From positions 32,001 through 96,000 of the IMG/VR virus record IMGVR_UViG_2935054407_000001: a stretch of 64,000 bases of DNA. One strand, written 5' to 3'. Under the pieces are notes generated by a model. That model saw only the letters and a program-made list of their open reading frames with translations, did no database searches and was not told the DNA's origin. This document shows, piece by piece, positions 35,927-45,171 of the stretch. Origin of the DNA: a virus (Duplodnaviria; Caudoviricetes). The position numbers were made by a program, and so were the translations under genes. Position 1 is the first letter of the stretch, and every line of letters starts with the position of its first letter.

Positions 35927-36357
35927 CAGGCGGCCACTTTCTGAACCAGGGCGGCCTGTGCCGCGTCGAACAGGCTTTGCACGCGGCGGGTGAAGTGTGT
36001 GCGGCTGATCTGGGCGTTGTAGCGCTCCAGAACGCCCTCTTCGCGGGCGATTCTCCGCATTCCGAGCATCATGTCTTCGCTGTAGTAGTAGCGAATGCCG
36101 TGCTTGGAGCCGGTGGCCGTCGTGGCGACGTTGGAGTGGAACGGGCTCGCGGGGAGGGTTCCGTTGGTGCGCCAGAGGCGGATCACGCTGGGCTTGCGGT
36201 TGAGGAACTCGGCCAACGACGCGATTTCCCAGAAGCGGACTTCCCTGGTCGCGCCGCGTACGGTGACTTCCTTGGTGATGAAGGGAAGTTCGTTGAGGCG
36301 GGCGCGGTCTTCGTCGGCCGGGAGGGCTGACCAGAGGGGACGGCCGGGATGCTCCAT
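35926..36357 (-). CDS. MerR-like HTH DNA-binding protein
   Basis: IASLAEFLNRKPSVIRLW..G.LP...RYYS. Confidence 0.75.
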   Translation of the reverse strand: MEHPGRPLWSALPADEDRARLNELPFITKEVTVRGATREVRFWEIASLAEFLNRKPSVIRLWRTNGTLPASPFHSNVATTATGSKHGIRYYYSEDMMLGMRRIAREEGVLERYNAQISRTHFTRRVQSLFDAAQAALVQKVAA

Positions 36358-36361
36358 ATGA

Positions 36362-36820
36362 TCAGAACCTCTTGATCGTGTACGTGGTGCTGGAGGTGAA
36401 GAGCGCCCGCAGCTCGTCGCGGGTGATCACGCCTTCCTGCTGCAAGGCGAAGAGGGCGTCTTGGTCGATCTCCTCGTACGTCACTTTGCGGACGACGCGG
36501 TCCAAGACGCCCTTCTCCGTAGCCAGGTCGTAGACGGCTTCCTCATCCAGCGTGATGGTCTCGCTGCGCTGGCGGATGAAGCCGCTGACCTGCTTTCCCC
36601 CGATTTCAAGGGGCTCGGGGAAGCGGACCCGGCGGTGGCCCTTGGCGTCCGCCGTACCGGCCCGAGAGGCGTACGCGTCCATCAGGTCGCGCAGCGACTT
36701 TGAGCGATCCCCGAGCCGCTTGACGTCCTCATCGAGGGCGAACTTCTGCCGGGCCGCCGTCGTGACCTCTTCCAGGCTCGGCAGCGATGCTGAGCTGGTC
36801 GGGGTGCGGCGGATGGGCAC
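36362..36820 (-). CDS. hypothetical protein
   Basis: 152-aa ORF downstream of an AT-rich intergenic region. Confidence 0.75.
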   Translation of the reverse strand: MPIRRTPTSSASLPSLEEVTTAARQKFALDEDVKRLGDRSKSLRDLMDAYASRAGTADAKGHRRVRFPEPLEIGGKQVSGFIRQRSETITLDEEAVYDLATEKGVLDRVVRKVTYEEIDQDALFALQQEGVITRDELRALFTSSTTYTIKRF

Positions 36821-36938
36821 GGGGTCGTCCTCGCTGGGGCTCGTCGGTAGAAACTAATCTAAATGTACCCCGATATTGAACCCGATACTGACGGTCCCCC
36901 AGTAACGATCCGGGCATCCGGAATAGTAAGTGTCAAGA

Positions 36939-38579
36939 TCATCCAGACGCACCCAGCGCGGCCCGCTCAGCGTGCCAGGTCAGCGACTCCACACGGGCCT
37001 CCACGTTGCCCCACTCGTCCGCCCCGACGCCGTCCACGATGGCCGTGGCCACCTGGTTCTTGATCTTCAGGCGGTCGTACTGCCGGACCTCAATCGTCTG
37101 CTGTACCGGCACATCCACAATGGTCACAGCCTTGTGCTTGCTGCTGGCGCGGCGGATCCGGCCGTTGATCTGGACCCGCTGGCCAGCACTCAAGGGCGGG
37201 TCGTAGTTGATCAGGTGTGAGCCTCCTGGCAGGTCCACCCCGTACGCTCCGGCGTGGCTCATCAACAGCACCCTGATGTCGGGATCGGCGTTGAACCCGT
37301 CGGCCGCAGCCGCCTTTGCCTGGTCCGTCATCTCCCCGTGGTAGCTGACAGTTCCGATACTGGATCCGAAACTCTCCCGAAAAATCGGCTCCATGCCCCG
37401 ATAGCGGGAGACGATCACCACCTTGTGCGCCGGGTCGGCGGCCAGGATGTCGCGGACCTTGCTCACGACCAGGTCCAGCTTCGGCGAGCTGGTCAGGTTC
37501 GCCAGCGCGCCGGAGGCCACCAAGCGTGCGGCGTAGGCGGAGCCGGGCAGGTCTTTGGGTACCGTGCCACCGGCTGCGCGCCGGGCCTCGGCCTGCGTGT
37601 ACTCCAGCGCGGAGGACACCACCAGTTGCGGGTGATTGAGGAGCATCTGCATCGCGCCGTAGACGGCCATCGCGCGGCCCGCTCCGGTGGACTCGTCGTA
37701 GCCGCCGTAGTAGGCGCCGATGTCGAACTCCCCCGCCACGCCGGTCTGCGCCAGCTCGGCCGCGAGGTCGCCTGCCACCTGCGCATACACCTTCTGAGCA
37801 GCGCGCGTCAGCTCCACCGGCCACGTCTCATACCGCGTCTTCGGCATATACGCGGCAACATCGGGATCTTCGATCCGCTTGCGGATCAGGACCGGCGCGA
37901 GGATCTTGTGCAGCGTCGGCAGGTTGCGGTATCGCTGCGGGCGGCCCCAGCGGTCGCGCACGATGTAGGCCACGTCGAAGTCCTCGAAATCACCGAGGAC
38001 GTCGTCATTCACCCACTCCATGATCCCGAAGATGTTCTCCGGCCGGTGCTCCACGGGAGTCGCGGTGAGCGCCAGCCGGTAGGCGGCCATGACGGTCCGC
38101 AGCTTCTTGGCGCGCTTGGAGGTGCGGCTGGACAGGACCGTGGCCTCGTCGATGATCACCATGTCGGCCAGGTGCCGGAATTTGCGGATGTCGGCCGCGA
38201 CCGTCTCATATCCGGCGATGACGTACTGGGGGCGACGCTCGATCACGTCGGCGAGCTGCTTCTTGCGCTGGGCCGGGGTTCCGCCGACGACCACGCACCA
38301 GGTGTCGGTGGGGATGCGGATCTCCCTCTTGCCGATCTTCTTCGTGGTGGTCTCCACGTCGGTGTGCTCGGCAATGGCGCGTGCCCACTGGAGCCGGAGC
38401 GAGGCCGGGCAGATGATCAGCACGACCGTGCCGTTGCCGTGCTCCAGGACCTTCTCCGCCATGGCCAGGCCCGTGATCGTCTTCCCCAGGCCGGTGTCAT
38501 AGGCCAGCAGCAGACCGCCCAACTCCGCAAGACGCGGGACCTCACGGGCTTGGTAGGGAAACAGGGGGGTGAGCAGCAT
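36939..38579 (-). CDS. SNF2-family helicase
   Basis: DTGLGKT, IIDEA, LTATP, SPKL, Q.NGRI.R. Confidence 0.9.
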   Translation of the reverse strand: MLLTPLFPYQAREVPRLAELGGLLLAYDTGLGKTITGLAMAEKVLEHGNGTVVLIICPASLRLQWARAIAEHTDVETTTKKIGKREIRIPTDTWCVVVGGTPAQRKKQLADVIERRPQYVIAGYETVAADIRKFRHLADMVIIDEATVLSSRTSKRAKKLRTVMAAYRLALTATPVEHRPENIFGIMEWVNDDVLGDFEDFDVAYIVRDRWGRPQRYRNLPTLHKILAPVLIRKRIEDPDVAAYMPKTRYETWPVELTRAAQKVYAQVAGDLAAELAQTGVAGEFDIGAYYGGYDESTGAGRAMAVYGAMQMLLNHPQLVVSSALEYTQAEARRAAGGTVPKDLPGSAYAARLVASGALANLTSSPKLDLVVSKVRDILAADPAHKVVIVSRYRGMEPIFRESFGSSIGTVSYHGEMTDQAKAAAADGFNADPDIRVLLMSHAGAYGVDLPGGSHLINYDPPLSAGQRVQINGRIRRASSKHKAVTIVDVPVQQTIEVRQYDRLKIKNQVATAIVDGVGADEWGNVEARVESLTWHAERAALGASG

Positions 38580-38585
38580 GGGGGG

Positions 38586-39593
38586 TTACCACCGCATCAG
38601 GGAGTAGGGCATGGCCATGGTGAGCTGGTCACTGATCTGCCATGAGGTGAGCAGGACGGTGTTGCCGTCGTCGTCCTTGTAGCCGCCCGGATCGCATCCG
38701 GCGGGCAAGCCCTGGTAGGTGACGACAGAGACGGCGACATAGCGTTTGTGCAGCTCACGGGCCACGTACTGGGCGGCTCGCCAGCCTGCGTCGTCGTTGT
38801 CCAGCCAGATGATCACGCGTCTGAAGGCGCTCAGCAGGGCGATCTGGGGGGCGCTGACCTTCGCGCCGAATGTGGAGACGGGGTGTTCCACGCCGTGTGT
38901 CGCCAGGACGCCGCAGTCCAGCGGGGATTCGATCAGGACGGCGGTGCCGGGGGCGGCGCGGGCCACGTGGTAGCCGAAGACGGTCTCGCTCTTCTTCACG
39001 CCGTAGGGGCGATTGCGTACGTAGCCCTGGGACTTGGTCTGCCAGCCCAGGAGCTTGCCGCGCTGATCACGGATGGGGGTGATCCACGCGGAGTGCTTGG
39101 CGTCCCACAAGATCCCGAATTTCTGGGCGGCGGCCAGGGACATGCCGCGCTTGGCCAGCTCCTCGGAGGGCGGATCGACGTACAGCGCGAGCGCCGCTTC
39201 GCTGACTTTGATGCGCTCGGGCTCGGGTTCGCGCTCTTCGTACATGCGGGCGACGGCGGCCACGGTGCCTTGGCTGCGGATCCACGCGACGGCCTGGCCG
39301 TGCTCGACACCGAGCATGTAGGCGGCCAGATCTGGGAAGCGGCCGGAGAAGCCGCAGGAGAAGCAGTTGAACTTCCCGCTGGAGGCGTTGACGGAGAAGG
39401 AAGGGTCGCGGTCTTCGTGGCCGAGGCGCTCGAAGTGCGCGGGGCAGCGGGCGGAGACTTCCCCCAGGGCCTCGCCCGTGACCTCGATCTTGAGGGCTTC
39501 CATGGCGGCGGCCACGTCTCCAGGGACGACGTCCACGAAGGCATCCCAGCCCTTCGCAATCTTGTGCCGGGGTGAAAGACGGTCAGTAGCCAT
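38586..39593 (-). CDS. DNA primase (Zn finger plus TOPRIM)
   Basis: CPAH..CFSC; IESPLD; LDND.AG. Confidence 0.9.
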   Translation of the reverse strand: MATDRLSPRHKIAKGWDAFVDVVPGDVAAAMEALKIEVTGEALGEVSARCPAHFERLGHEDRDPSFSVNASSGKFNCFSCGFSGRFPDLAAYMLGVEHGQAVAWIRSQGTVAAVARMYEEREPEPERIKVSEAALALYVDPPSEELAKRGMSLAAAQKFGILWDAKHSAWITPIRDQRGKLLGWQTKSQGYVRNRPYGVKKSETVFGYHVARAAPGTAVLIESPLDCGVLATHGVEHPVSTFGAKVSAPQIALLSAFRRVIIWLDNDDAGWRAAQYVARELHKRYVAVSVVTYQGLPAGCDPGGYKDDDGNTVLLTSWQISDQLTMAMPYSLMRW

Positions 39594-40839
39594 GGTGGCC
39601 GCCCGTGTCGCCGTCGTCGTCGCCGAAGGGGTTGTGCTCCATCTCGAAGAACTTGCCTTGCACCCAATTGCGGTAGAACCAGAAGTCGAACGGGCTGCCG
39701 TTGCGGGCGGCCAACACCTTGATCATGGCGATGATCGGGTCCTCGGTGACCTGGACGCCGATGAGCACGTCCGCCCACTGCTGGAAGCCGGAGGAGTAGC
39801 CGAAGCTGGCGAGGCTGACGTCTTCCCCGTGCATCTTGGACTGGAGCATCTGCGTGGAGGCCAGGATGGGGATCTCCCGTCGCATCGCCCCGAATTTCAA
39901 GGCCGCGCAGATGTGACGCAGCGCCTTGTCGGAGCCGACGTCCTCGCCCTGGTCGTCCTGCATCATGTAGAGGCCGTCCACGACGACCATGTCCGGCTTG
40001 AGCATGTCGGCCATGGCCAGGATGCCACTCGGGCTCGTGGACGTGTCCGGGTCGGTGGCCAGCCAGAAGTTCGGGAAGAGTTCCATGCTCTTGACCGACT
40101 TCTCGACCTTGCGGAATTCCTTCAGTGCCAGCGAGCCGTCCCGCAGAGCGTTGTGAGCCACCATGGCCTGGATGGCGTCGAGCCGTTCTTCCTGCTCTTC
40201 CTGGCTCATCTCGAAGCCCACGAACAGGATCTTCTTCCCTGACATCCACGCAGCGATGGCCGAGAGAAGCAGGAAGGTGGACTTCCCGGACTTGGGACGA
40301 CCTCCGAAGATGACGAGGTTCCCGCCGCGCCAGCCGCCGAGAGCTTCGTCCATCAGTGAGAAGCCCGTGGTGATGCCCTTCAACGCGCCGTCGTGGTCGC
40401 GAAGTTCCTGGTAGCGGGCGATGCGCTCTGCGCCGTTTGCGGTGACGTCTACGGCGAGCGTCGTGGGTACGTCGGCCAGTACGGTCGCCACCGTGGCGGA
40501 CAGGCCCTTGAGTGCGTCCTGGGTGCGGCCCTGCTGGAGGAGCTGGGCGGCGCGCAGAACAGCGGCGTCCAAATGGAAGGCCGTGCGCCGGTCGCGGGCC
40601 TCGTCCAGGACGTAGCCGAGAGGCTCAAGCTCGCGGTCCAGGGCGTAGTTCGGGTACTCGGAGCTGAAGGCCCGCGCTGACGGCACGCTGCCGTACCGGC
40701 CGGAGTACTCCAGGATGAAATCCCAGGCCGCCAGCGCGTCGGGATCGGCGAACCAATCCCTTTTGACGCCTGCGTCCAGGACGGCCTTGATGCCGTCGGC
40801 CGAGACGGTGTGGCTGATGATCTGCCGGTAGATGTCCAT
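39583..40839 (-). CDS. dnaB: DnaB-like replicative helicase
   Basis: GITTGF, GRPKSGKS, FEMS, VVDGLY, ARNG. Confidence 0.9.
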   Translation of the reverse strand: MDIYRQIISHTVSADGIKAVLDAGVKRDWFADPDALAAWDFILEYSGRYGSVPSARAFSSEYPNYALDRELEPLGYVLDEARDRRTAFHLDAAVLRAAQLLQQGRTQDALKGLSATVATVLADVPTTLAVDVTANGAERIARYQELRDHDGALKGITTGFSLMDEALGGWRGGNLVIFGGRPKSGKSTFLLLSAIAAWMSGKKILFVGFEMSQEEQEERLDAIQAMVAHNALRDGSLALKEFRKVEKSVKSMELFPNFWLATDPDTSTSPSGILAMADMLKPDMVVVDGLYMMQDDQGEDVGSDKALRHICAALKFGAMRREIPILASTQMLQSKMHGEDVSLASFGYSSGFQQWADVLIGVQVTEDPIIAMIKVLAARNGSPFDFWFYRNWVQGKFFEMEHNPFGDDDGDTGGHHGY

Positions 40840-41276
40840 CAGAATGCCCCGAGGTGCTGCTTGTTGTGGCTGGTGACGACGCGGGTCCGGCCGCCGTAGG
40901 TGAACTGCCGGGTGGAGTCGCCGTCGTAGACGGCCAGGACGTGCGGCATGTGCGCGAGCTGGCGGGCGAGCGCGTCAGGTGAGGGCGCGGCCCAGGCGGT
41001 GCGGGCTGGGTAGTTGTGCTCGTTCAGCAGCTCGCGGATCGACGCGGCGAACTCCTCGCCCCGGAAGGTGACGATCTCCACGTTGATGTCGGCGTTGAGG
41101 GTGAGCCGCCACAGAGCCGCCTCGGCCGTCGAGTCGAAGGCGCAGTCGGCGGCGGCCGGAGGCGCGCTCTTGCGGAAGAGGCGCTTGGGCGGGGCGGCCG
41201 GAGGCGTGGCGATCACGGTCTCGAAGACCACGAGAACGGTCGGCATCACCTCCGCCGACAGGTCACCGCCCTGCAT
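40839..41276 (-). CDS. hypothetical protein (degenerate HAD-like)
   Basis: MQGGDLS start; coupled to dnaB. Confidence 0.7.
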   Translation of the reverse strand: MQGGDLSAEVMPTVLVVFETVIATPPAAPPKRLFRKSAPPAAADCAFDSTAEAALWRLTLNADINVEIVTFRGEEFAASIRELLNEHNYPARTAWAAPSPDALARQLAHMPHVLAVYDGDSTRQFTYGGRTRVVTSHNKQHLGAF

Positions 41277-41505
41277 CAGGCACCTCTTCGTACGAGATGG
41301 CTCCGACGGTGACGGTGATCGTGACCAGGTCACCGTCCTGGCTCCGCTTGACGTGGGCCTGCGCTGGGTGGAGCCGCGCGTCCATGGCCTTGTCGCGCAG
41401 ATGGCTGGCCATGTTCGCGGCGATCATGTTGTGGTTGCTCTCGCTCAGCCAGACCGGAATTGTGGCTTCGGCGACGAAGAACCGGGCAGAGGGTGACTCA
41501 GACAC
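41263..41505 (-). CDS. hypothetical protein
   Basis: GTG start overlapping the end of the DnaC-like gene. Confidence 0.55.
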   Translation of the reverse strand: MSESPSARFFVAEATIPVWLSESNHNMIAANMASHLRDKAMDARLHPAQAHVKRSQDGDLVTITVTVGAISYEEVPDAGR

Positions 41506-42118
41506 GGCGCATGTCCAATCCGGCGAGGTGGACGATGGTGAACGCCTGGTGCGCGAAGCTGGACATGGACGGGTCGTACATCTCGTCCCACTTCTCAAGG
41601 CTCTCGTTGGTGCTGGCAGTGGTGGGCAGCCCGTCTTCGTACCGGCCGCGCATCAGGTCCGTGATCTCCGCGCCGACGTAACCGCTCGCGGTGCGGTACT
41701 CCTTGCCGACGTCATCGATGACCAGGTTGTGCACGGTGCGCAGGCGCGCTACGCGCCGGACGATCTTCGGGCCTGCGTTGCCTGCGACCACGGCACGCAT
41801 GTCGGAGAGCATGCGGCTGGCCTTGACGTACATGATCGTGTTGTCGTGTGCCCAGTGGATCTCGGCCGCCGTCATGCAGGCGAGCGTGGTCTTGCCGGTG
41901 CCGTGGTCGCCGATGAGGAGCAGGCCCTTGCCGACGCGGCTGCGGTCGGTGGAGGTCCGGCCGTAGTGCTCGGGGAAGTCGGCCGCGAAGGCGGCGGCGG
42001 CGGCGATGGCCTTCTCGGCGCTGGGGTTGTAGATCTTCCAGTCGTCGAAGCCGCGTCCTCGGCATTCGTGGGGGATCTGGGCTGTCTCCCAGCGCCAGGA
42101 GTAGTCAATCGGCAGCAT
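41498..42118 (-). CDS. DnaC/IstB-like helicase loader
   Basis: GDHGTGKTTLA, LVIDDVGKE, STN. Confidence 0.88.
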   Translation of the reverse strand: MLPIDYSWRWETAQIPHECRGRGFDDWKIYNPSAEKAIAAAAAFAADFPEHYGRTSTDRSRVGKGLLLIGDHGTGKTTLACMTAAEIHWAHDNTIMYVKASRMLSDMRAVVAGNAGPKIVRRVARLRTVHNLVIDDVGKEYRTASGYVGAEITDLMRGRYEDGLPTTASTNESLEKWDEMYDPSMSSFAHQAFTIVHLAGLDMRRV

Positions 42119-43112
42119 GGGTGGCCTGCCTCTCTGCCTGGATTTCGGCCCAGGTCTTGGGGGTGTCGTAGAGGGCGACGTCGTCTTGGCTCAGGCCCCA
42201 GCTCTCGGCGTAGCCGTCGGCGGCGGGGTTGTGGTGCTGGTCGGTGTGCTCGGCGGCCTGGAGGCGCTCGGCCAGCGCGGCGCGGCGGGCCAGGAAGCTC
42301 ACCCAGGCGACGCGGCCCTGCCAGTGCAAGCTGGGGTCGCTGGCGTAGATGTCGATCATGGAGCGGATCTGGTCGGGCGTGACGCCTGCCTGCTTCCAGC
42401 CGTTCAGGCTCTTGGCCAGGGCCGGGAGGTTGGTGGTGCCGACCTTGGCGGCGAGGTCGTTGCTGGCGCGCATGCGGGTCTCGAAGTACTGGGCGAGGCC
42501 GAGGCCGGTGTCGGGGTTGGTGCTGCGGCCCTTGGCCGGTGCCGGATCCTGCTCGGGGAGGTCGAAGAGGCCCTGGCTTCGTGCCGGGTCGAAGTCGTCA
42601 TCCTTCTGCCGGTGTGAAAGACGGTCCTTGGACCGGCTGCCCGCCGCCGCTCGCGCGGAGCGCGTGCGTGGGGTTGTAGTTCGCTTAGTACTTGGTACTA
42701 CTCCGTAATTACTAAGATCCGGCTTTTCCGGATGCGGGAAACCCGGATCCGGATTTTCAGGATGCGGGGGCTGACCTGGGGAAACTTCGGGGAACTTCCC
42801 CTCGTTGTCACAGCGCATGAAGTACCGCTTGCGCACCAGGCCAGGGCGCTCAGGGTCGGGGACGTCCTCGATCCCCATGTACGCGGCGTCTACGAGGATC
42901 TTCAGCGCTGCGTAGATGGCGTCGCGCCCCTCGGTGAACTTCTTCATGAGGTCGCCGACGCGGACCACCCAGCCGTCAGGGCGGGTCACGAGGTAGACGA
43001 GGATGCCGTAGGAGCGGGCGGAGATCATGCCCGGCTCCAGGAGGTCGTTGGAGAGGACCGTGTATCCGCCACGACGGCGCGGGATACGGATTTCGGTGGA
43101 GACGTCGGCCAC
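42105..43112 (-). CDS. replication initiator (HTH, replisome-organiser-like)
   Basis: YTVLSND, GILVYL.TRPDGW, EGRDAI..AL..L...Y; directly upstream of the DnaC-like gene. Confidence 0.75.
   Translation of the reverse strand: MADVSTEIRIPRRRGGYTVLSNDLLEPGMISARSYGILVYLVTRPDGWVVRVGDLMKKFTEGRDAIYAALKILVDAAYMGIEDVPDPERPGLVRKRYFMRCDNEGKFPEVSPGQPPHPENPDPGFPHPEKPDLSNYGVVPSTKRTTTPRTRSARAAAGSRSKDRLSHRQKDDDFDPARSQGLFDLPEQDPAPAKGRSTNPDTGLGLAQYFETRMRASNDLAAKVGTTNLPALAKSLNGWKQAGVTPDQIRSMIDIYASDPSLHWQGRVAWVSFLARRAALAERLQAAEHTDQHHNPAADGYAESWGLSQDDVALYDTPKTWAEIQAERQATHAAD
42686..42768. repeat. iteron-like 23-bp direct repeats plus AT-rich tract (putative ori)
   Basis: GATCCGG(C/A)TTTTC(C/A)GGATGCGGG at 42716 and 42746; AT-rich 42686-42715. 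Confidence 0.6.
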
Positions 43113-43227
43113 GTGTAGGGCTCCAGAATTTCGGCTTGAGTATCGGCCTTGGTATCTAAATCTTAGCTTGCATGAGGCCGATTTGTCCGGTAGTGTCCGG
43201 ATCGTTGGAAGCGTTCCGAGGGAGATC

Positions 43228-43264
43228 AAAAGCGGGGGTCCCATGGCTTGGGGGACCCCCGCTT
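43228..43264 (-). terminator. intrinsic terminator
   Basis: AAGCGGGGGTCCC...GGGACCCCCGC-TTTT. Confidence 0.8.
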
Positions 43265-43271
43265 CGTGTGT

Positions 43272-44294
43272 CTAGGCCACCAGGCCCAGCTCCCTGGCCT
43301 GGCTCTCAGGGATCTGCACCCTGTGCGCACCACCGGGCAGGCGGCCCGGCTTGACCGGCGCGTAGGTGCCGTCCTTCTTCTTGACCACGGTGACCTTGTT
43401 CTCTTCGTCACGAGACTTGCCCGGAGTGGTGTTGAACGCGACGACCTCCGCACGCTTCTCGGCCAGGAGCGCCAGCGCGTCCCGGCGCAGCAGCTCCGTT
43501 TCCACGCGCTCGCGCACCATGGCGTCCATGACCCGGTAGAGGCTTTCGGCGAAGTCGGCCATGAGGCGCGGGATGATCTTGTCGTCGAGCGCGGCCGGAG
43601 CGAACGTCTGCGCCTCGTCGGCGGCGGCCGGGACCGCGTAGTGCTCGAAGCCCGGGAGCGGGTCCTGGAGGTCCTGAGGGTTCGGGGGGTCCTGGGATAC
43701 CGGGGAGGGGCTGTGAGGCTCTGAAATTTCTGCGGTGGGGGCGTTTTCGGGCATCTCCGGCTCGTCCTCCTCCCCCGATTCCTGTTCGGCGTCCGCCTGC
43801 GGCTCGTCATCCTCGTCGTCGAAGTTGATGTCGTCGATACCGGCGGAGCTGAGGGCCATGACCTTGATGCCTAGGTCACACGCCTGGCGTGCGATCTCCT
43901 CCATGGCGTCGCCGTCGGTGCCCTCCTCCCACAGCAGCAGCAGGTACGGGTCACAGGTGCCGTTGTCGGTGCCGACGATGGCCGTGAGCAGGTCCGTCAC
44001 GACGTCACCCGTCGCAGGCACCTGCTCGTCGGCGGCGGCGGCGATCTCGCGACCGCGAACGCCGGGAGTCGTGCTGACCACTGCGTGAGTCAGCTCCTCG
44101 GCAGCGATGGCCCACGCGTGGACGGCGGCGACGCCGGGAGTGGTGACGGTGCGGTCGGCCGGGAACCAGATGATCAGGTGCCCGTCGTCCTCGGGAAGGA
44201 CGCTGTCCAGCCATTCGGTGACGGCCTGCTCGATCAGCTCGGCCTTCGGGTTCGCGGTTCCGAGCACGCCAACGGCGAGAGTGGAATCAGACAA
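43272..44294 (-). CDS. hypothetical protein (Rossmann-like N-terminus, acidic linker)
   Basis: 340-aa ORF; first gene after the tail module. Confidence 0.7.
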   Translation of the reverse strand: MSDSTLAVGVLGTANPKAELIEQAVTEWLDSVLPEDDGHLIIWFPADRTVTTPGVAAVHAWAIAAEELTHAVVSTTPGVRGREIAAAADEQVPATGDVVTDLLTAIVGTDNGTCDPYLLLLWEEGTDGDAMEEIARQACDLGIKVMALSSAGIDDINFDDEDDEPQADAEQESGEEDEPEMPENAPTAEISEPHSPSPVSQDPPNPQDLQDPLPGFEHYAVPAAADEAQTFAPAALDDKIIPRLMADFAESLYRVMDAMVRERVETELLRRDALALLAEKRAEVVAFNTTPGKSRDEENKVTVVKKKDGTYAPVKPGRLPGGAHRVQIPESQARELGLVA

Positions 44295-44470
44295 GGGGGA
44301 TCCTCAGCTCAAGAGGTCGGATTCGGCAGACCAGTTCTACCGTCTTTGCGGTGAGTTTGGAAAGTCATACCGATATTCAACCGGAAACTGTTGAGCCCCT
44401 GGCGACGGTACCAGGGGCTCAGGGAGCGAGGGTCAGGGCAGTCACGGTGCCCTCGTCCGTCGGCATACGC

Positions 44471-44527
44471 AAAAGAACCCCTGCTCAACTCCGTTGGCCA
44501 CCGGAGTACCGTTGAGCAGGGGTTCTT
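44471..44527. terminator. terminator ending the structural operon
   Basis: 17-bp stem AAGAACCCCTGCTCAAC/GTTGAGCAGGGGTTCTT. Confidence 0.8.
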
Positions 44528-44573
44528 CGTTTGGTAGCGACACAAGGCTCTGCGTAGCAGGACCTACCCTACA

Positions 44574-44849
44574 TCAAGGTCCGGACAGGCGTGCGGTGCG
44601 CCGGATCACCTGCGGCTGCTCAGTTCGCCGCGTCATCAGGCCCAGCAGCGCCACGAGGGCAGCCACGGTCCCCGCGTCGGTCACCAGCGGCCACGGGCAC
44701 CACAGCAGCGCGAGCGCCACGGCGATCACGAGAACCGACTGAAGAAGGACGGGAAGCCGGGCTGCCCCAGCTTCCCGCAGCACTTCCCAGGCGACCCAGC
44801 ACGTCAGCGCGACCTGCGCCAGCGTGAGAAGGTCGGCCTCAGGCGGCAA
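44574..44849 (-). CDS. membrane protein (holin-associated)
   Basis: Three hydrophobic segments. Confidence 0.6.
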   Translation of the reverse strand: MPPEADLLTLAQVALTCWVAWEVLREAGAARLPVLLQSVLVIAVALALLWCPWPLVTDAGTVAALVALLGLMTRRTEQPQVIRRTARLSGP

Positions 44850-45156
44850 GGTCGAACCGGTCCGTCACGAGCTTGCTCTTGGCCCAGTCGGCAACGCCGG
44901 TCGGCGACCACAGACCGAAGTGCGTGGCGACGGCGCCGACGAAGGCCGTGAAGGCGGTGATGAGCGCGCTCTTCCAGTCGAAGGCCACGTTCGCGTTGAC
45001 CGCGTCCAGGGCGGCCGAGACGAAACCGCCGGTCACCGACAGCAGCGCCAGCAGCACGGCGCGGACGCCGCCGCCCCAGCTCGCCTTGGTGACCAGGCCG
45101 ACGAGGACCGGGAGGATGGTGGAAAGGACGACGGTGAGAAGCTGAACGGTATACAC
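44839..45156 (-). CDS. holin
   Basis: Three TM segments; ILPVLVGLVTK, HFGLW.P.G. Confidence 0.75.
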   Translation of the reverse strand: MYTVQLLTVVLSTILPVLVGLVTKASWGGGVRAVLLALLSVTGGFVSAALDAVNANVAFDWKSALITAFTAFVGAVATHFGLWSPTGVADWAKSKLVTDRFDLAA

Positions 45157-45171
45157 GGTTTTCCCTGACTC

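Noticed and set aside
36931-36936. TTGACA on the minus strand
   Set aside because: No -10 element at the correct spacing
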